DNA of 36,681 nucleotides from Eubacteriales bacterium (GTDB lineage Bacteria > Bacillota > Clostridia > Oscillospirales > CAG-382): contig JAZRTU010000133.1 in the NCBI GenBank assembly GCA_045652185.1, forward strand, positions 1 through 36,681, read 5' to 3'. Under the pieces are notes generated by a model, which ran no database searches, was not told where the DNA came from, and was given only the letters and a program-made list of their open reading frames with translations. Position 1 is the first letter of the stretch. Each line of letters starts with the position of its first letter. Made by a program: the position numbers and the translations under genes. Positions 1-9,544 of the stretch are shown here, piece after piece.

Positions 1-102
1 TGATGTTGATTTAAAATGATACTGCCGCAAGGGTAGCTATATTTTCTTGTTCAAAATCTAACTGTCCCATCGGTCCGTACCTCGCTTTCTTATTCTGTTT
101 TC

Positions 103-131
103 AGTATATAGTATATACGTATGTTTGTCAA
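103..131 (-). promoter_or_regulatory. Putative sigma-A-type promoter firing leftwards towards the window edge
   Basis: Minus strand reads TTGACA (131..126), a 17-nt spacer, then TATACT (108..103). Downstream are a GAGG and a 19-codon ORF (70..14, stop 13..11). Confidence 0.45.
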
Positions 132-176
132 GTGCTTTTGAATATCTCATTAATAAGAAGTGATTTTCAAAAATAC

Positions 177-205
177 TTGATTTTTTTCTATAAATGTGCT
201 ATTAT
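177..205 (+). promoter_or_regulatory. Putative promoter of the DUF5685 / J-protein gene pair
   Basis: TTGATT (177..182), 17-nt spacer, TATTAT (200..205) preceded by TGc (extended -10). GGGAGAAG Shine-Dalgarno at 229..236 before ATG 240. Confidence 0.45.
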
Positions 206-239
206 TAATCTGTATGTTTATCGATAATGGGAGAAGTGT

Positions 240-1109
240 ATGTTCGGCTATATCCGTCCCGTTCCTTCGGAGCTGAAGGTGAAGGAGCATTCGCTCTATA
301 AAGCTATATATTGCGGCCTTTGTAAGACGGGCGGAAAACGCGTTTCGAGATTGACGAGGTTTTTGCTAAACTACGATTTCGTGCTGTTTTGTGCGCTTCG
401 TTCGCTCATTCTCGGCGAGGAGCTGAAGACAGAATCCGGCAGGTGCCCCTATTCGCCGCTAACGAAAAAGCCGATGGTCGCCGAGAGCGAAAGCCTGACC
501 TATACCGCCGCCGTGTTCGCGGTGTTCACCTATTATAAATGCATCGACGATAAAACCGATAAAAAGGGAATTTCGCGAATTCCATACGTATTGTTGACAC
601 CTGCCGCAAAGCGTATGAAGAGAAAAGCCGAGAAGCGTTACGACGGTATTTCCGAAAAGCTTGAAAAACCTTTTCAAAGACTTGCCGAGCTTGAAAAGCA
701 GGGCGAGACGAGAGTTGATGCTGTCGCCGATTGCTTCGGCGAGATGCTCGGGATTTCCGCATCGTTCGGACTTGATGGCGCGAATGAACGGATCGCGTAT
801 AACTGCGCGTACCATATCGGACGGTATATCTATATCGCCGATGCGATAGACGATGTCGAAAACGACGAAAAACAAAAAAACTATAACCCGATATTATGCG
901 AGTGCGGTGATTTGACTCTCGCGAAAAAGAATATCGAAAAATATATAGATACGCTACGAGATAGTATGGAAGCGTTCCTTTGCGGACTCAACCTCATCGA
1001 GCTTGAATGCGAGACGGCGAAAATGCTTTTCTCGATACTACAAAACTCGGCAACACTCGGCGCGGAATCGGTCTGTTTGCGATTGACGAAAAAGCATTCG
1101 GACGAATGA
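240..1109 (+). CDS. DUF5685-family protein (uncharacterised, Clostridia-type)
   Basis: 289-aa ORF with a good SD. N-terminus MFGYIRPVPSELKVKEHSLYKAIYCGLCK...LLNYDFV matches my memory of the DUF5685 N-terminal signature. The family name is from memory, not a search. Confidence 0.7.
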   Translation: MFGYIRPVPSELKVKEHSLYKAIYCGLCKTGGKRVSRLTRFLLNYDFVLFCALRSLILGEELKTESGRCPYSPLTKKPMVAESESLTYTAAVFAVFTYYKCIDDKTDKKGISRIPYVLLTPAAKRMKRKAEKRYDGISEKLEKPFQRLAELEKQGETRVDAVADCFGEMLGISASFGLDGANERIAYNCAYHIGRYIYIADAIDDVENDEKQKNYNPILCECGDLTLAKKNIEKYIDTLRDSMEAFLCGLNLIELECETAKMLFSILQNSATLGAESVCLRLTKKHSDE

Positions 1110-1121
1110 AAGGAAACAAGA

Positions 1122-1715
1122 ATGACAGATCCCTATAAGGTTTTGGGTGTGTCGGAGAATGCCACCGACGAGGAGATAAAAAAAGCATATCGTGAGCTTG
1201 CGAAAAAGTATCACCCCGATGCTTATATGAACAACCCGTTAAAAGACCTTGCCCAAGAAAAAATGAAGCAAATAAACGAAGCGTATGATGAGATACGCCG
1301 TTCCCGTCAAAACGGCGGCGGCAACAGCAGCCAGACGTCATCGTCCGGCGGCGGTTATTCGTATACGGTGAAAACTGACTTTGAACGCGTTCGTCTTTTG
1401 ATAAATTCGGGCAGACGTACCGAAGCGGGAATAGTTCTCGACAACGTTCCGGAGGAAAAAAGAAATGCGGAATGGTATTTTCTCAAAGGCTGTGTTTATT
1501 ATCAGGGCGGCTGGATGATGGAGGCGAGAAAATATTTCGAAAAGGCAGTCTCTCTCGAGCCGCAAAACCTCGAGTTCAGACAAGCACTTGAAAATCTTGA
1601 GTCGAGAGGAAATTATACTTCTGTTAATGCGAGTTATGATTGCAGCGTTTGTAAGTTTTGCGCCGGCTTGATGTGTTGCCAATGCTTTATGGAATGTTGC
1701 GACGGATGTAGATAA
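1122..1715 (+). CDS. J-domain (DnaJ-like) protein with a TPR-like middle region and a C-terminal cysteine string
   Basis: DPYKVLGV...[13 protein letters not shown]-domain with the HPD motif. Gly/Ser linker. C-terminal [23 protein letters not shown] has 9 Cys in 23 residues. Lies 12 nt after the upstream gene. Confidence 0.85.
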   Translation: MTDPYKVLGVSENATDEEIKKAYRELAKKYHPDAYMNNPLKDLAQEKMKQINEAYDEIRRSRQNGGGNSSQTSSSGGGYSYTVKTDFERVRLLINSGRRTEAGIVLDNVPEEKRNAEWYFLKGCVYYQGGWMMEARKYFEKAVSLEPQNLEFRQALENLESRGNYTSVNASYDCSVCKFCAGLMCCQCFMECCDGCR

Positions 1716-1733
1716 TTTTGTGAGGACATTTTG

Positions 1734-2972
1734 ATGAATGACGATATAAAGCAGCTCCCCAAGGACTATCACAAGAAAAGACGTTCTCCAAACAGAATGC
1801 CGCTTATGGCGCTTTTGAGTGGACTTATATTAATAGCGATCTTGTTTTCGGTGATAGTTATCGGAAACGAAAGCGGCGAAACTGTCTCAAGTGACGGCTC
1901 TGTCTTGTCGCAGGTCGAAACATCGCCCTCCGATTATTCCTCTCCCGATGATTCGTCAAAAGAGCAAAACGACAGCTTGGCGACGAGCGATATCGATTCG
2001 AGCATCAACGATGAAAGCGACGAGTCTGAGGATGTTTCGTTGGAAAGCAGTAGCGAGCCGAGCAAGGAGCAAAGTAAAGATCAAAGTAAAGAGGATGAGT
2101 CGTTCTATTACGATGAATCGTACGTTATCCCCGATGAAAGCAAGGGACAAGATTTTGAGAACGTATATAACTTCTCACTTTCGGCTGAATATGCGATCGT
2201 GTATGATTTGAAAAGCGGCGAGGTGCTCTATGCGAAAAACGCATCCGACAGAGCTTATCCCGCAAGTATAACAAAGTTGATGACTTCAATAATTGCGCTC
2301 AAGTATTGCGACCCGAGTGATGTGTTCACTGCGGGCGAAGAGCTTGGATTTGTTGCAAAGGGAAGCAGTCTTGCATTTATATATAAAGGTCATAAGCTTA
2401 AATTGAGTATGCTCATCGATGCGATGATGTTGCCTTCGGGTAACGATGCGGCGTATGTCGTTGCGGCAAATGTCGGTCGTGTTATCGCGGGAGATAAAAG
2501 CCTCAGCGCCGCGGAATCGGTCAGCGTGTTTGTCGATGAGATGAACAAGGAGGCAAAGCGACTCGGTTGTAAGGGTACACATTTCGCTAACCCCGACGGC
2601 TTCCACGATGATCGCCATTTCACAACGGCATACGATTTAGCGATCATTTCCGAAGAGGCGCTTACATATGAGGTCATTAATAAGTCAGTAAAAAAAGAAA
2701 AAGTTGAAGCTGTCTATGAAAGCGGACAAATGATGACTTGGATCAATTCCAATTACCTCATCAGATACCACTCACTTTCAACGGAAGACAGGAAAAAATG
2801 GTATAGCGAATATGCCACGGGGCTCAAAACGGGTACGACGAGTCAGGCGGGCTCGTGTATGGTAGCATCCGCAAAAAAGGGAGACCGCGAGATCGTTGCG
2901 GTACTTTTGAAGTGCAAGGATGGAATGGGCAGATACGAGGATGCGCTAAAGATCATCAACACTATATTTTAA
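1734..2972 (+). CDS. Membrane-anchored serine-type D-Ala-D-Ala carboxypeptidase (PBP5/DacB-like)
   Basis: SxxK (ASITKLM), SxN (PSGND) and KTG (LKTGTT) motifs. N-terminal TM helix followed by a long Ser/Asp/Glu-rich linker. ATG 1734 sits 7 nt after GAGGA; the track start at 1731 is a TTG. Confidence 0.85.
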   Translation: MNDDIKQLPKDYHKKRRSPNRMPLMALLSGLILIAILFSVIVIGNESGETVSSDGSVLSQVETSPSDYSSPDDSSKEQNDSLATSDIDSSINDESDESEDVSLESSSEPSKEQSKDQSKEDESFYYDESYVIPDESKGQDFENVYNFSLSAEYAIVYDLKSGEVLYAKNASDRAYPASITKLMTSIIALKYCDPSDVFTAGEELGFVAKGSSLAFIYKGHKLKLSMLIDAMMLPSGNDAAYVVAANVGRVIAGDKSLSAAESVSVFVDEMNKEAKRLGCKGTHFANPDGFHDDRHFTTAYDLAIISEEALTYEVINKSVKKEKVEAVYESGQMMTWINSNYLIRYHSLSTEDRKKWYSEYATGLKTGTTSQAGSCMVASAKKGDREIVAVLLKCKDGMGRYEDALKIINTIF

Positions 2973-2995
2973 ACATCGAAGGGAAGTTTCGTAAA

Positions 2996-3874
2996 ATGGT
3001 TAAAAGCATGACCGGATACGGTAGATATAAAGAACTTATCGGAGGAAAGGATATCACCGTTGAGATCCGCTCCGTAAATAGCAGATATCTTGATACCAAT
3101 ATAAAATTGGCGCGTCTTTACGGACCGCTTGAAGAAAAACTGAAAAGAATGATCAGCAAATACGTTTCTCGCGCAAAGGTCGATCTCTATGTCGGCGTAG
3201 ATAATATCGAGGGCGAGAAAATAGAGCTATCCTTGAACCGTGAGTATCTCGAAGGCTTTTTGGGCGCGTTGAACACCGTTAAAAACGACTATAATGTTGT
3301 CGGTGACGTCGATATCTCAACAGTAGCATCGAAAAACGAGGTGTTTATCCAACGCCGCCTTGAAGACGATATGAACGAGCTTTGGTGCGCAGTTGAAGCG
3401 GTTGCAACGAAAGCGTTTGAGCTTTATGACGATATGAGAAAAAGAGAGGGAGAGGCGCTTGTTGCCGATCTGCTTTCGAGAATAGCTACGATCGATTCTA
3501 TCAGAGCGAAGATAAACGAGCGTGTGCCGAAGGTCGTTTCCGAATATAACGAAAAATTGAGAAAACGTATCGAGGAGCTTCTTGGCGACGTAAAGGTTGA
3601 CGAGCAACGTCTTTTGACAGAGTGCGCAGTGTTCGCTGATAAGGCGGATGTGACCGAGGAGCTAACGAGACTTTCGAGCCATATCGATCAATTTAAAAAG
3701 ATACTCTCCGAGGAGGAGCAGGTCGGAAGAAAACTCGATTTTCTCGTGCAAGAGATAAATCGCGAGGTAAACACCTGCGGAAGCAAAGCGAACGACAACG
3801 ATATCGCAAAGCTCGTTATTGAGGCTAAATGTGAGATCGAAAAAATACGCGAGCAAATACAAAACCTCGAATAA
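2996..3874 (+). CDS. yicC: YicC/YloC-family stress-induced protein
   Basis: MVKSMTGYGR start is typical of YicC. C-terminal DFLVQEINREVNTCGSKA motif. The part of the ORF upstream of 2996 overlaps the dac gene and is not used. Confidence 0.85.
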   Translation: MVKSMTGYGRYKELIGGKDITVEIRSVNSRYLDTNIKLARLYGPLEEKLKRMISKYVSRAKVDLYVGVDNIEGEKIELSLNREYLEGFLGALNTVKNDYNVVGDVDISTVASKNEVFIQRRLEDDMNELWCAVEAVATKAFELYDDMRKREGEALVADLLSRIATIDSIRAKINERVPKVVSEYNEKLRKRIEELLGDVKVDEQRLLTECAVFADKADVTEELTRLSSHIDQFKKILSEEEQVGRKLDFLVQEINREVNTCGSKANDNDIAKLVIEAKCEIEKIREQIQNLE

Positions 3875-3926
3875 CGAAAAGATATTAATTGTGTCGTAGG
3901 TGGTGGCGACGGAAATGGAGAACAAA

Positions 3927-4163
3927 ATGAAACTTGTTGACGTTGGCTTTGGAAACCTTGTGTCTGTTGAGCGTATAGTCAGCATTGCGGCAACGGAATC
4001 GATGCCGATAAGACGACTCATCCAAGATGCAAAGGATGCAGGAAGAGCGATCGACGTTTCGTGCGGCAAAAAGACGGCATCCGTTGTAATAACCGACAGC
4101 GAATACGTTGTTTTGTCTGCCGATTCGGTAGAAGTGATCAAAGAAAGAATAGATAATTTATAA
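3927..4163 (+). CDS. remA: RemA/DUF370 extracellular-matrix regulatory protein
   Basis: MKLVDVGFGNLVSVERIVSI...PIRRLIQDAKD is a typical RemA sequence. GGAGA SD lies 6 nt before ATG 3927. Position after yicC matches Firmicute synteny. Confidence 0.85.
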   Translation: MKLVDVGFGNLVSVERIVSIAATESMPIRRLIQDAKDAGRAIDVSCGKKTASVVITDSEYVVLSADSVEVIKERIDNL

Positions 4164-4189
4164 TATAAATTCGGAAAGGAAAAAGGAAA

Positions 4190-4435
4190 ATGTTATATCC
4201 TTCAATTCAAAAACTCACAAACGATAAAGTAAACAGATATATGCTCGTTATGGCGGCGGCAAAATGTGCGCGTCATATTACCCAAGAGGTCGTTGATGAG
4301 CATAACAGACTCGCGCTCGAGAGAACGGACAAAGAGTCAAAAAATGACGTTGCACCGAGCGAACTCAAGGAAAAGGCTGTTTCTATGGCAGTAAAACGCT
4401 TGGATTCCGGAGAATACAAAATAATCACAGATTAA
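4190..4435 (+). CDS. rpoZ: DNA-directed RNA polymerase subunit omega
   Basis: 81 aa, MLYPSIQKLTNDKVNRYMLVMAAAKCARHI is a typical RpoZ N-terminus. Conserved position upstream of priA. Confidence 0.85.
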   Translation: MLYPSIQKLTNDKVNRYMLVMAAAKCARHITQEVVDEHNRLALERTDKESKNDVAPSELKEKAVSMAVKRLDSGEYKIITD

Positions 4436-4443
4436 GGTAAACG

Positions 4444-6894
4444 ATGAAAAACTACGCTTTGGTTCGAATATTGGATATTTTGTATCCGTTGGATAGAGAA
4501 TATGAATATATCATTCCTGCTGTATTGCGAGATGAGATAAAGATAGGATCGCTCGCAATAGTGCCGTTTGGAAGAAGCAATATGCCCAAAATGGCTGTTG
4601 TTATGGGCTTTTCCGAAACGAGTGACCGAAGCGTCGTTAAAGCGATCGAGCGTTTGCCCGATTATCCCGTTTATCTTGATGAGGAGATGCTATCTCTTTG
4701 CGAGTTTATTGCCGATAGATATTTTTGCAGTGTCGGCAGCGCATTGAAAATGATGATCCCTCCGGGGCTCAATATGAGAGCAGGGGAACGATTCTATACC
4801 GTCATTGACGGAGACCACGTTTCGAACATCAGCGCGTATGCCGAGGAGATACTCGGATATATCCGCGCCAACGAGGGCTGCAGCTTTGGTGAACTTTCGG
4901 AACATTTTGAAAACGTCGGTGAGCAAATCGCGAAGCTTATAAAATCGGGACTGATCAGCAAAGAATATGAGCTCAAGGAAAAGATAAACGAGAAAAAAAT
5001 GCGCTTCGTCGAGCTTTCGATAAGTGGTGATGAGGCAAAGGAATATCTCGATGGCGTAAAAAAAGCGCCAAGCGAGAAGTGTGTTCGCGTTATTGAATTG
5101 CTTTCACAATACGGAAGCATAAGCGAGAGCGAGCTTTTGGAATATGCGGGATGTACGAAAAGCGTCGTAACCACACTCGAAAAACACGATATAGTTAAGC
5201 TTTATCAAAAAGAGATATTCAGACTCCCGTATGATAAAAAGAAAAAAGAAATAAATATAAACTTGTCCGACGAGCAGAAAGCGGCGTTTGAACGAATTTC
5301 GGAGCTTATGGCGACTAATGAGCCTCACGCAGTGCTATTGTATGGTGTTACGGGAAGCGGCAAGACCAACGTTATCATCAGTGCCGTTAAGGAAACGATA
5401 AAAGTCGGAAAAACGGCAATAGTCCTCGTCCCCGAGATCGGACTTGCGAGCCAAGCGGTCGAGCTGTTTATGGCGCATTTCGGCGAGAGGGCGGCGGTGA
5501 TACATTCCGCGCTTTCCGTTGGTGAACGTATCGATGCATACAGAATGATATCCGAGGGGAAGATCGACGTTGTTATTGGGACGAGAAGCGCGATATTTGC
5601 TCCGCTTGAAAATATTGGATTGATAGCGATCGACGAGGAGCAGGAGCATACCTATAAATCGGAAATGTCTCCGAAATACAGTGCGGTCGAGGTCGCGAAA
5701 TTCCGCGCGATGAAGCACGGCGCTACTCTCGTGCTTGCATCGGCAACACCGTCAGTCGAGACATTTTATAAAGCGAATAAGGGGATATATGAGCTGATAA
5801 CGCTTTCAAAGCGTTATGGCGATGCGGTTTTGCCCGAGGTCAGATTTGCCGACCTTCGTGAGGATGATACGGTAAACCCGCGCCGTTTTATTGGCGAAGA
5901 ACTGAAAAACGAAATCGCGAAGAATCTCGAAAACGGGGAGCAAACGATTTTGTTTTTGAACAGACGCGGATATAATTTCGTTGTGAGCTGTCAAAAATGC
6001 GGGTATGTGTATTATTGCCCGAATTGTTCCGTTCCGCTCACCGTTCACGTCCACGGCGTTCGTCGCGGCGGCGCGCTTGTTTGTCATTATTGCGGTCACT
6101 CGGAGAATATGCCGAAAAGATGCAAGGAATGCGGAAGCGAGTTTATATCTTCGACCGGTTATGGCACACAAATGCTCGAGGAAGAGCTTAGCGAGCTGTT
6201 CCCCGAAGCGAGAAAAATAAGAATGGACGGCGATACGACCGTTGCAAAGGGCTCTCACGACGAAATGTATGAAAAATTTCGCGCCGGAGAAGCTGATATA
6301 CTTTATGGAACGCAAATGATAACGAAGGGACTCGATTTCCCGAACGTCACGCTCGTTGGAATAATACTCGCCGATTCGTTTTTGTTCCAAAACGATTTCC
6401 GAGCACCCGAACGAACATTTTCGATGATAACTCAGGTAATAGGCAGAGCAGGCAGGTCGAAAAAAGCGGGAAGAGCGATAGTGCAAACGTATGCGCCTAA
6501 CAGCGAAGCGCTCAGATTGGCAGGAACACAGGATTACGTTCGCTTTTACGAGGGCGATGTTGCAATAAGAAAAGCAGTTCTTTTCCCGCCGTTTTGTGAT
6601 ATGGCGTTGTTCGTTATCAGCGGTGACGATGAAAAAGAAACGGAGCTTGGCGCGATGGCCTTTTTCGACGAGCTTGCGAAACGCCACGCGGTCGAGGTGG
6701 ATAAAATACCGCTGAAATTGTTCGGCCCGTTTAACGATACGGTATATAAATTGAATGGAAGATACAGAAAACGCATCGTTGCTAAATTCAAAAATTCACA
6801 ATCGTCAAGAAGATTGTTTTCGGAGCTTTTGAAAGAATTTTCGAAAAATAAAAAGGTGCTTATAAGTATTGATATAAACCCACCGATAATATAA
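4444..6894 (+). CDS. priA: Primosomal protein N' (replication restart helicase PriA)
   Basis: 816 aa. Walker A GVTGSGKT, DEEQ box, and a Cys-rich zinc insertion (CQKCGY..CPNC..CHYCG..CKECG). Confidence 0.95.
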   Translation: MKNYALVRILDILYPLDREYEYIIPAVLRDEIKIGSLAIVPFGRSNMPKMAVVMGFSETSDRSVVKAIERLPDYPVYLDEEMLSLCEFIADRYFCSVGSALKMMIPPGLNMRAGERFYTVIDGDHVSNISAYAEEILGYIRANEGCSFGELSEHFENVGEQIAKLIKSGLISKEYELKEKINEKKMRFVELSISGDEAKEYLDGVKKAPSEKCVRVIELLSQYGSISESELLEYAGCTKSVVTTLEKHDIVKLYQKEIFRLPYDKKKKEININLSDEQKAAFERISELMATNEPHAVLLYGVTGSGKTNVIISAVKETIKVGKTAIVLVPEIGLASQAVELFMAHFGERAAVIHSALSVGERIDAYRMISEGKIDVVIGTRSAIFAPLENIGLIAIDEEQEHTYKSEMSPKYSAVEVAKFRAMKHGATLVLASATPSVETFYKANKGIYELITLSKRYGDAVLPEVRFADLREDDTVNPRRFIGEELKNEIAKNLENGEQTILFLNRRGYNFVVSCQKCGYVYYCPNCSVPLTVHVHGVRRGGALVCHYCGHSENMPKRCKECGSEFISSTGYGTQMLEEELSELFPEARKIRMDGDTTVAKGSHDEMYEKFRAGEADILYGTQMITKGLDFPNVTLVGIILADSFLFQNDFRAPERTFSMITQVIGRAGRSKKAGRAIVQTYAPNSEALRLAGTQDYVRFYEGDVAIRKAVLFPPFCDMALFVISGDDEKETELGAMAFFDELAKRHAVEVDKIPLKLFGPFNDTVYKLNGRYRKRIVAKFKNSQSSRRLFSELLKEFSKNKKVLISIDINPPII

Positions 6895-6910
6895 AGAGAA
6901 AGGGATAAAA

Positions 6911-7378
6911 ATGGCTATATTGAATATCCTCACAGATAAAGATGAGACCTTAAGAAAAACAAGCAGAAAAGTTGATATAATAAATTCTCGTATCCACACG
7001 CTCCTTGACGATATGAGAGAGACTTTGATCGAATCGGGCGGAGTGGGACTCGCAGCGCCGCAGGTCGGAGTTCTCAGAAGAGTTGTTCTCGTCGATAACG
7101 GCGAGGAGATACTCGAGCTTATCAATCCCGAAATAATTGAAACGAGCGGGATACAAGAGGACAGAGAGGGTTGTCTTTCGTGCCCGAATAAATGGGGTAT
7201 CGTGAAGCGTCCTCAAAAGGTGAAATTGCGCGCGCTCGACAGATTCGGAAAATCGCAGATATATACCGCGACGGGACTTACCGCTCGTTGCTTCTGTCAT
7301 GAATGCGACCATCTCGACGGAATTTTATTCCTCGATAAAGTTGAAAGAATGTTATCTCCCGAGGAGCTCGAAGACTAA
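6911..7378 (+). CDS. def: Peptide deformylase
   Basis: Motifs GVGLAAPQVG, EGCLS and HECDHLDG. Confidence 0.95.
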   Translation: MAILNILTDKDETLRKTSRKVDIINSRIHTLLDDMRETLIESGGVGLAAPQVGVLRRVVLVDNGEEILELINPEIIETSGIQEDREGCLSCPNKWGIVKRPQKVKLRALDRFGKSQIYTATGLTARCFCHECDHLDGILFLDKVERMLSPEELED

Positions 7379-8283
7379 TGAGAGTTATTTATATGGGCAC
7401 GCCCGACTTTTCGGTGTTGCCGCTTAGAAAAATAGCAGCCGTTCACGAGGTGGTTTTGGTTGTAACTCAACCCGATAAACCGAAGGGTAGAGGTTATAAG
7501 ATGCTTCCGACACCCGTGAAGGAATGCGCGCAGTCGCTCGGGATCGAGGTATATCAACCCGAAAAGATAAACGACGAGGAAGTAATTGAATATTTGAGAA
7601 GCTTTTGTGCGGACATCATCGTTGTTGCCGCATACGGCAAAAAACTTCCCGTTTCAATACTCGAGATGCCGAAATACAAATGCATCAATATCCACGCCTC
7701 GCTTTTGCCGAAATATAGAGGCGCCGCGCCGATAAACCGCGCAATAATGAACGGTGATAAAACGGGCGGTGTGACGATAATGAATATGGCTGAAGGTATG
7801 GATACGGGCGATATCGTGCTTCAAAAGAGCTTTGATATCAGCGAAATGACTGCCGGTGAATACCACGACCGTCTCAGCGAGGTTGGAAGCGATGCCGTGC
7901 TTGAAGCGATGGAGCTTATTGAGAGCGGAAACGCGCGCCCCGTCAAACAAAACGACGAGGAAGCGACTCACGCCGCAAAGATCACGAAAGAAGAATGCTT
8001 CGTTCCGTTTGATATGGATGCAACGGAAGCGTATAATAAGATCAGAGGACTATCCCCCGTTCCCTGCGCATATATCGTTTTGAACGATAAACGCATCAAA
8101 CTCGTTGAATGTGAATTGTCGAGTGACGAGGACGAGGTCGGTAAGGTTATCAGCGCCGACAAAAACGGAATAAAAATAGCGTTTTTGAGCGGAAGTATAG
8201 TTTTAAAACGTATACGTCCCGAAGGAAGTGGCGAGATGACCGCTTGGGCGTATGTGTTGGGCCACGAGGCTGAATTCAGATAA
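7378..8283 (+). CDS. fmt: Methionyl-tRNA formyltransferase
   Basis: MRVIYMGTPDFSV...INIHASLLPKYRGAAPI motifs. TAATG overlap with the def stop codon. Confidence 0.95.
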   Translation: MRVIYMGTPDFSVLPLRKIAAVHEVVLVVTQPDKPKGRGYKMLPTPVKECAQSLGIEVYQPEKINDEEVIEYLRSFCADIIVVAAYGKKLPVSILEMPKYKCINIHASLLPKYRGAAPINRAIMNGDKTGGVTIMNMAEGMDTGDIVLQKSFDISEMTAGEYHDRLSEVGSDAVLEAMELIESGNARPVKQNDEEATHAAKITKEECFVPFDMDATEAYNKIRGLSPVPCAYIVLNDKRIKLVECELSSDEDEVGKVISADKNGIKIAFLSGSIVLKRIRPEGSGEMTAWAYVLGHEAEFR

Positions 8284-8296
8284 ACGAGGACGAAAA

Positions 8297-9538
8297 ATGA
8301 GAAACGCAAGAGCGTTGGCGATGTCAACCGTCAGCAGATGCGCGCATGAAGGCGCATTTTCAAACATAGAATTGTCAAATAGCCTCGATGCATCACAACT
8401 CAGTGAAGCAGACAGAAATTTGTATGCATCACTTGTATATACTACACTTGAAAATCTTTTGACTATAGACTATTTTATCGATAAGGTCAGCAACAGAAAA
8501 ATGGCTGATACAGATGAGCAAATAAAAAACATCCTCCGAATCGGCACTTGCCAGATAATGTTTATGGATAAGATACCCGAGTCAGCGGCTTGCGACGAGA
8601 GTGTGAAGCTCGCGTATAAGAGCGCAAAGCCGTATGTTAACGGAGTGCTTCGTAATATGTGCCGTATGAAAGACGAGCTAAAGAAAGGGCTTGAAAAAGC
8701 GAGCCTTTCGGTCAGATATTCTGTTAGCGAGGACATTTGCCGTCTTATAAAAGAGCAATATCCAAAGGACTATTTGAAGATACTTGAGGGATTTTCTTAT
8801 CGGTTGCCGCTTTTCCTTCGTGTAAATACATTAAAGACGACTGTTGAAACGGTCCTTGCTGAAACGGAAGGACGTTTGCACCACGAGCTGAAAGATTGTG
8901 TCGCGGTGACGAAAAATGTTGCCCAAACGGCAAAAGCATCGGGAGACGGATATTTTATCCAAGGTGTTCCATCGCAGTTTGCGATAAAGCTGCTTGACGT
9001 AAAAAAGGGAGAAACAGTCGTTGATATGTGCTCGTGCCCGGGTGGAAAGAGCTTTTCGGCGGCGATAGAAATGGAAAACCAAGGAAAGATCATTTCCGCA
9101 GATATCCATAAAAATAAATTGAAGCTCGTCGAAACGATGGCAAATAAGCTCGGTATAACGATCATCGAAACACTTTGTGCCGACGGACGAGTGGAGCGAG
9201 AAGAACTTATAGGGGTCGCAGATAAGGTTATTTGCGATGTGCCGTGTTCTTCGCTCGGTGTTATTAACTCAAAACAAGAAATAAGATATAAAAATAAAGA
9301 AAGCTTCGAAAGACTCCCCGAAATACAGTATGAAATACTGAAAAATGGTGGAAAATATCTCAAGAAGGGCGGAAGCCTCATCTATTCGACCTGTACGTTT
9401 AACAAAAAAGAAAACGGCGAGGTCGTCGATAGATTTCTTCGAGAGAATGGCGATTTCAAGCTTACGTTTGAACGTCAGTTTATGACTTATACAGATAAAA
9501 CGGAAGGTTTTTACGTTGCGAAGCTCGTAAAAAAATAG
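8297..9538 (+). CDS. rsmB: 16S rRNA (cytosine967-C5)-methyltransferase RsmB/Sun
   Basis: NusB-like N-terminal domain. SAM methyltransferase motifs DMCSCPGGKS, DVPCSSLGV and YSTCT. ATG 8297 chosen because the track start at 8252 overlaps fmt. Confidence 0.9.
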   Translation: MRNARALAMSTVSRCAHEGAFSNIELSNSLDASQLSEADRNLYASLVYTTLENLLTIDYFIDKVSNRKMADTDEQIKNILRIGTCQIMFMDKIPESAACDESVKLAYKSAKPYVNGVLRNMCRMKDELKKGLEKASLSVRYSVSEDICRLIKEQYPKDYLKILEGFSYRLPLFLRVNTLKTTVETVLAETEGRLHHELKDCVAVTKNVAQTAKASGDGYFIQGVPSQFAIKLLDVKKGETVVDMCSCPGGKSFSAAIEMENQGKIISADIHKNKLKLVETMANKLGITIIETLCADGRVEREELIGVADKVICDVPCSSLGVINSKQEIRYKNKESFERLPEIQYEILKNGGKYLKKGGSLIYSTCTFNKKENGEVVDRFLRENGDFKLTFERQFMTYTDKTEGFYVAKLVKK

Positions 9539-9544
9539 AAAGAT

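Noticed and set aside
2855-2995. N-terminal extension of the yicC ORF in the track (and the similar extensions at 8252, 31001 and 36452)
   Set aside because: The extensions overlap the preceding genes and lack an SD. Internal ATGs with an SD reproduce the canonical family N-termini.
5806-6687. 293-aa ORF on the minus strand
   Set aside because: It is antisense to the priA helicase core and zinc-finger region, so it is spurious. The same applies to 16477..17121, 19692..20510 and 29886..30740, which lie antisense to the lipoprotein and GldG-like genes.
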